Shown here one piece after another: positions 56,752 to 58,689 of a stretch of DNA of 58,689 nucleotides. A program made the position numbers and the translations under genes. Below the pieces are notes generated by a model, which saw nothing but the letters and a program-made list of their open reading frames with translations, was not told where the DNA came from and made no database searches. The DNA is from a virus (taxonomy: Duplodnaviria > Caudoviricetes): the IMG/VR virus record IMGVR_UViG_3300010412_000016, positions 1 through 58,689 of that record. One strand, given 5' to 3'. Position 1 is the first letter of the stretch. The number at the start of each line of letters is the position of its first letter.

Positions 56752-58689
56752 TACAGCATCATCTGGGGGTGATGGTACTACCAATGCGACCAGTGGAGCT
56801 AATGCAGCATATGCAGGTATTCGTGCTGCATTAAATGCGGAGTATAATGGTGGTGCCGGAACTTATGCGGATTTAGTAAGTGCAGACGTTATTTTAAAAT
56901 TTGTGTGTGAAGGTGGAGATGATACCTCCGGAAGTGATTATACAGTACCAGCATTCACAACCGATGCGACACGATATATATGGATTTATGTAGCTCCTGC
57001 CAATAGACATGCCGGTAAATATGATACCACCAAGTACAGAATCTCTGGAACACTTGGCAGTAGTGGTTATATATGGAATTCCGGCCTTGCTCATGAAATA
57101 TATGAGGGAGTGCAGTTTATATCCAATACGACTAATACGTATAAGGGATGTTTTCTACAAACCGCATCAAATTTTAGATCCAAACATTACTCTGTTGTTT
57201 TTCATAAGGTTGCCACTGGTACGCCGAACAGTTATCATTTTTATGCCAACGTATATGATGCAACAAAAACATTTCATTTTGTAAATTGTATTGTATCTGG
57301 TAGGTCAATCTACGGATTGGCCATCCATCGCCGCGTGTTTGGAAATAATGGTGATTGGATTATATATAACAACACCATAGTTGGCCCGAATACAGGAATT
57401 TTGGGACCAAATGAGCAGGGCAGTACTGCTAATTGTATACGACTTAAGAACAACATTATCTCCGGCAGCGGGCAAAATTATAACATTGCATATGAAGTAG
57501 CAGAAACCGCCAATAACATTACTGCGGATGCATCATCTCCGGATGTTTCTTATAGAAATTTGGAACCGACTTTTGTAAATAAGGGTAGTTTTGATTTTCA
57601 TTTGAGCAATTCGGACACCGTTGCAGTTGGCAAAGGTGTTGATTTACGAGCAGATACCTATTATCCATTTGATGTTGATGCCGAAGAAAATACTCGCGGT
57701 GCTACATGGGACATAGGAGCACTACAGGAAGGTTCATTTCAATATTTACAAGCAGCTGAAGATATTACCGACAACTCTACCTATACCTTTAGTTCACAAA
57801 ATTTGGGTACGGTGGAAAGTGATCGTTATATTGTAGTTGCTATTCACTCTCGAAAAACTGGTGCTACGACTACACTTAGTAGTGTCACCATCGGTGGTGT
57901 ATCTGCAGATATAACTATACAAAGAGCTGCTACTGCTACAAATACAAATGTTGTAGCACTTGCTATTGCCAACGTTCCAACAGGAACAACCGGAGATATA
58001 GTTGTAACATTTGCAGATACAATGATACGATGTGCAATTGGAGTATATCGAATTGCCGGTCTTACGTCAACAACTGCATACTCCTCTGGTTCTGACGCTA
58101 CGACAGATCCATCACTTTTATTGAATATTCCCAGTAATGGTATTACAATTGGTGCCGCACAGAGTGCTGCGTCTGGAACAACGGCAACGTGGAGTGGATT
58201 AACTGAGCAGTATGATAGTATTATAGAATCATTCTTAAATTACACCGGTGCTGGTAATTCCGGAATGGCTGCAGAAAGTAATAGATCAATATCAACGACT
58301 TTTACAGCAAATACTGAACCAGTACTAGTAGCCGCATCGTGGCAGCCTACAGATATTCCAGTAACACCAACACCCACGATGACACCAACACCAAGTAGAA
58401 CACCATCAATTACGCCAAGCATAACACCGAGCATAACATCTACCCCTCTCTTTACTGTAATTGGGTACGATACTACGTTTACCAGTGGTTCTTCCGCCGC
58501 CGGGTCGGTTTCGTCATTTGCAGCAAACATGACTGTTGCAAGCAATTCCAATAGAATATTGGTTGTTGGTATTACGCATGAATCAACGGTCGATAGTTCG
58601 GCATCGGCGGTTACTTATGCCGGACAAAATCTTACTAAAATAGATAAGGTAACTGGATTTGTAAGCCCAAATTACCAAACGGTAGAACT
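56738..58689 (+). CDS. tail fibre/spike-like protein (beta-helix plus TP-rich linker), no canonical start, runs off the window
   Basis: Stop-free frame IRYVNTASSGGDG... to the window end; NNTI, NNI, DFHLS...G.G.D...R...WDIGA beta-helix signature; TPTPTMTPTPS linker. Confidence 0.75.
   Translation, partial: MRYVNTASSGGDGTTNATSGANAAYAGIRAALNAEYNGGAGTYADLVSADVILKFVCEGGDDTSGSDYTVPAFTTDATRYIWIYVAPANRHAGKYDTTKYRISGTLGSSGYIWNSGLAHEIYEGVQFISNTTNTYKGCFLQTASNFRSKHYSVVFHKVATGTPNSYHFYANVYDATKTFHFVNCIVSGRSIYGLAIHRRVFGNNGDWIIYNNTIVGPNTGILGPNEQGSTANCIRLKNNIISGSGQNYNIAYEVAETANNITADASSPDVSYRNLEPTFVNKGSFDFHLSNSDTVAVGKGVDLRADTYYPFDVDAEENTRGATWDIGALQEGSFQYLQAAEDITDNSTYTFSSQNLGTVESDRYIVVAIHSRKTGATTTLSSVTIGGVSADITIQRAATATNTNVVALAIANVPTGTTGDIVVTFADTMIRCAIGVYRIAGLTSTTAYSSGSDATTDPSLLLNIPSNGITIGAAQSAASGTTATWSGLTEQYDSIIESFLNYTGAGNSGMAAESNRSISTTFTANTEPVLVAASWQPTDIPVTPTPTMTPTPSRTPSITPSITPSITSTPLFTVIGYDTTFTSGSSAAGSVSSFAANMTVASNSNRILVVGITHESTVDSSASAVTYAGQNLTKIDKVTGFVSPNYQTVE

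Overview
This window is part of a large, AT-rich, myovirus-type (probably jumbo) phage genome. Essentially all genes are on the + strand and use the standard code. The region ~1-26.5 kb is an RNA-rich accessory area. It holds 21 tRNA genes (none encodes CCA), a tRNA-Ser(GCT) nested inside a second split tRNA-Ser, and a minimal ~200-nt RNase P RNA. It also holds a tmRNA (tag ANETFALAA), a ~900-nt GOLLD-like RNA, and five further structured non-coding elements I cannot assign. These are interleaved with a DNA methyltransferase, glycosyl-, methyl- and nucleotidyl-transferases, purA, hsp20, HNH and HD proteins. The region ~27-32 kb carries a DenV-like glycosylase, an IMPDH/GMP-reductase family enzyme and a gp55-like sigma factor. 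The region ~32-50 kb is a baseplate/tail module with peptidoglycan hydrolases. The region ~50-54.5 kb encodes a resolvase, a primase and a fused SbcD-SbcC nuclease, followed by tail-fibre-like genes running off the end. Two promoter classes are readable: TTGACA-N17-TATATT(TA), and a TA(T/C/A)TTATA motif with no -35. All calls were made by eye from motifs and base pairing; no database searches were run.
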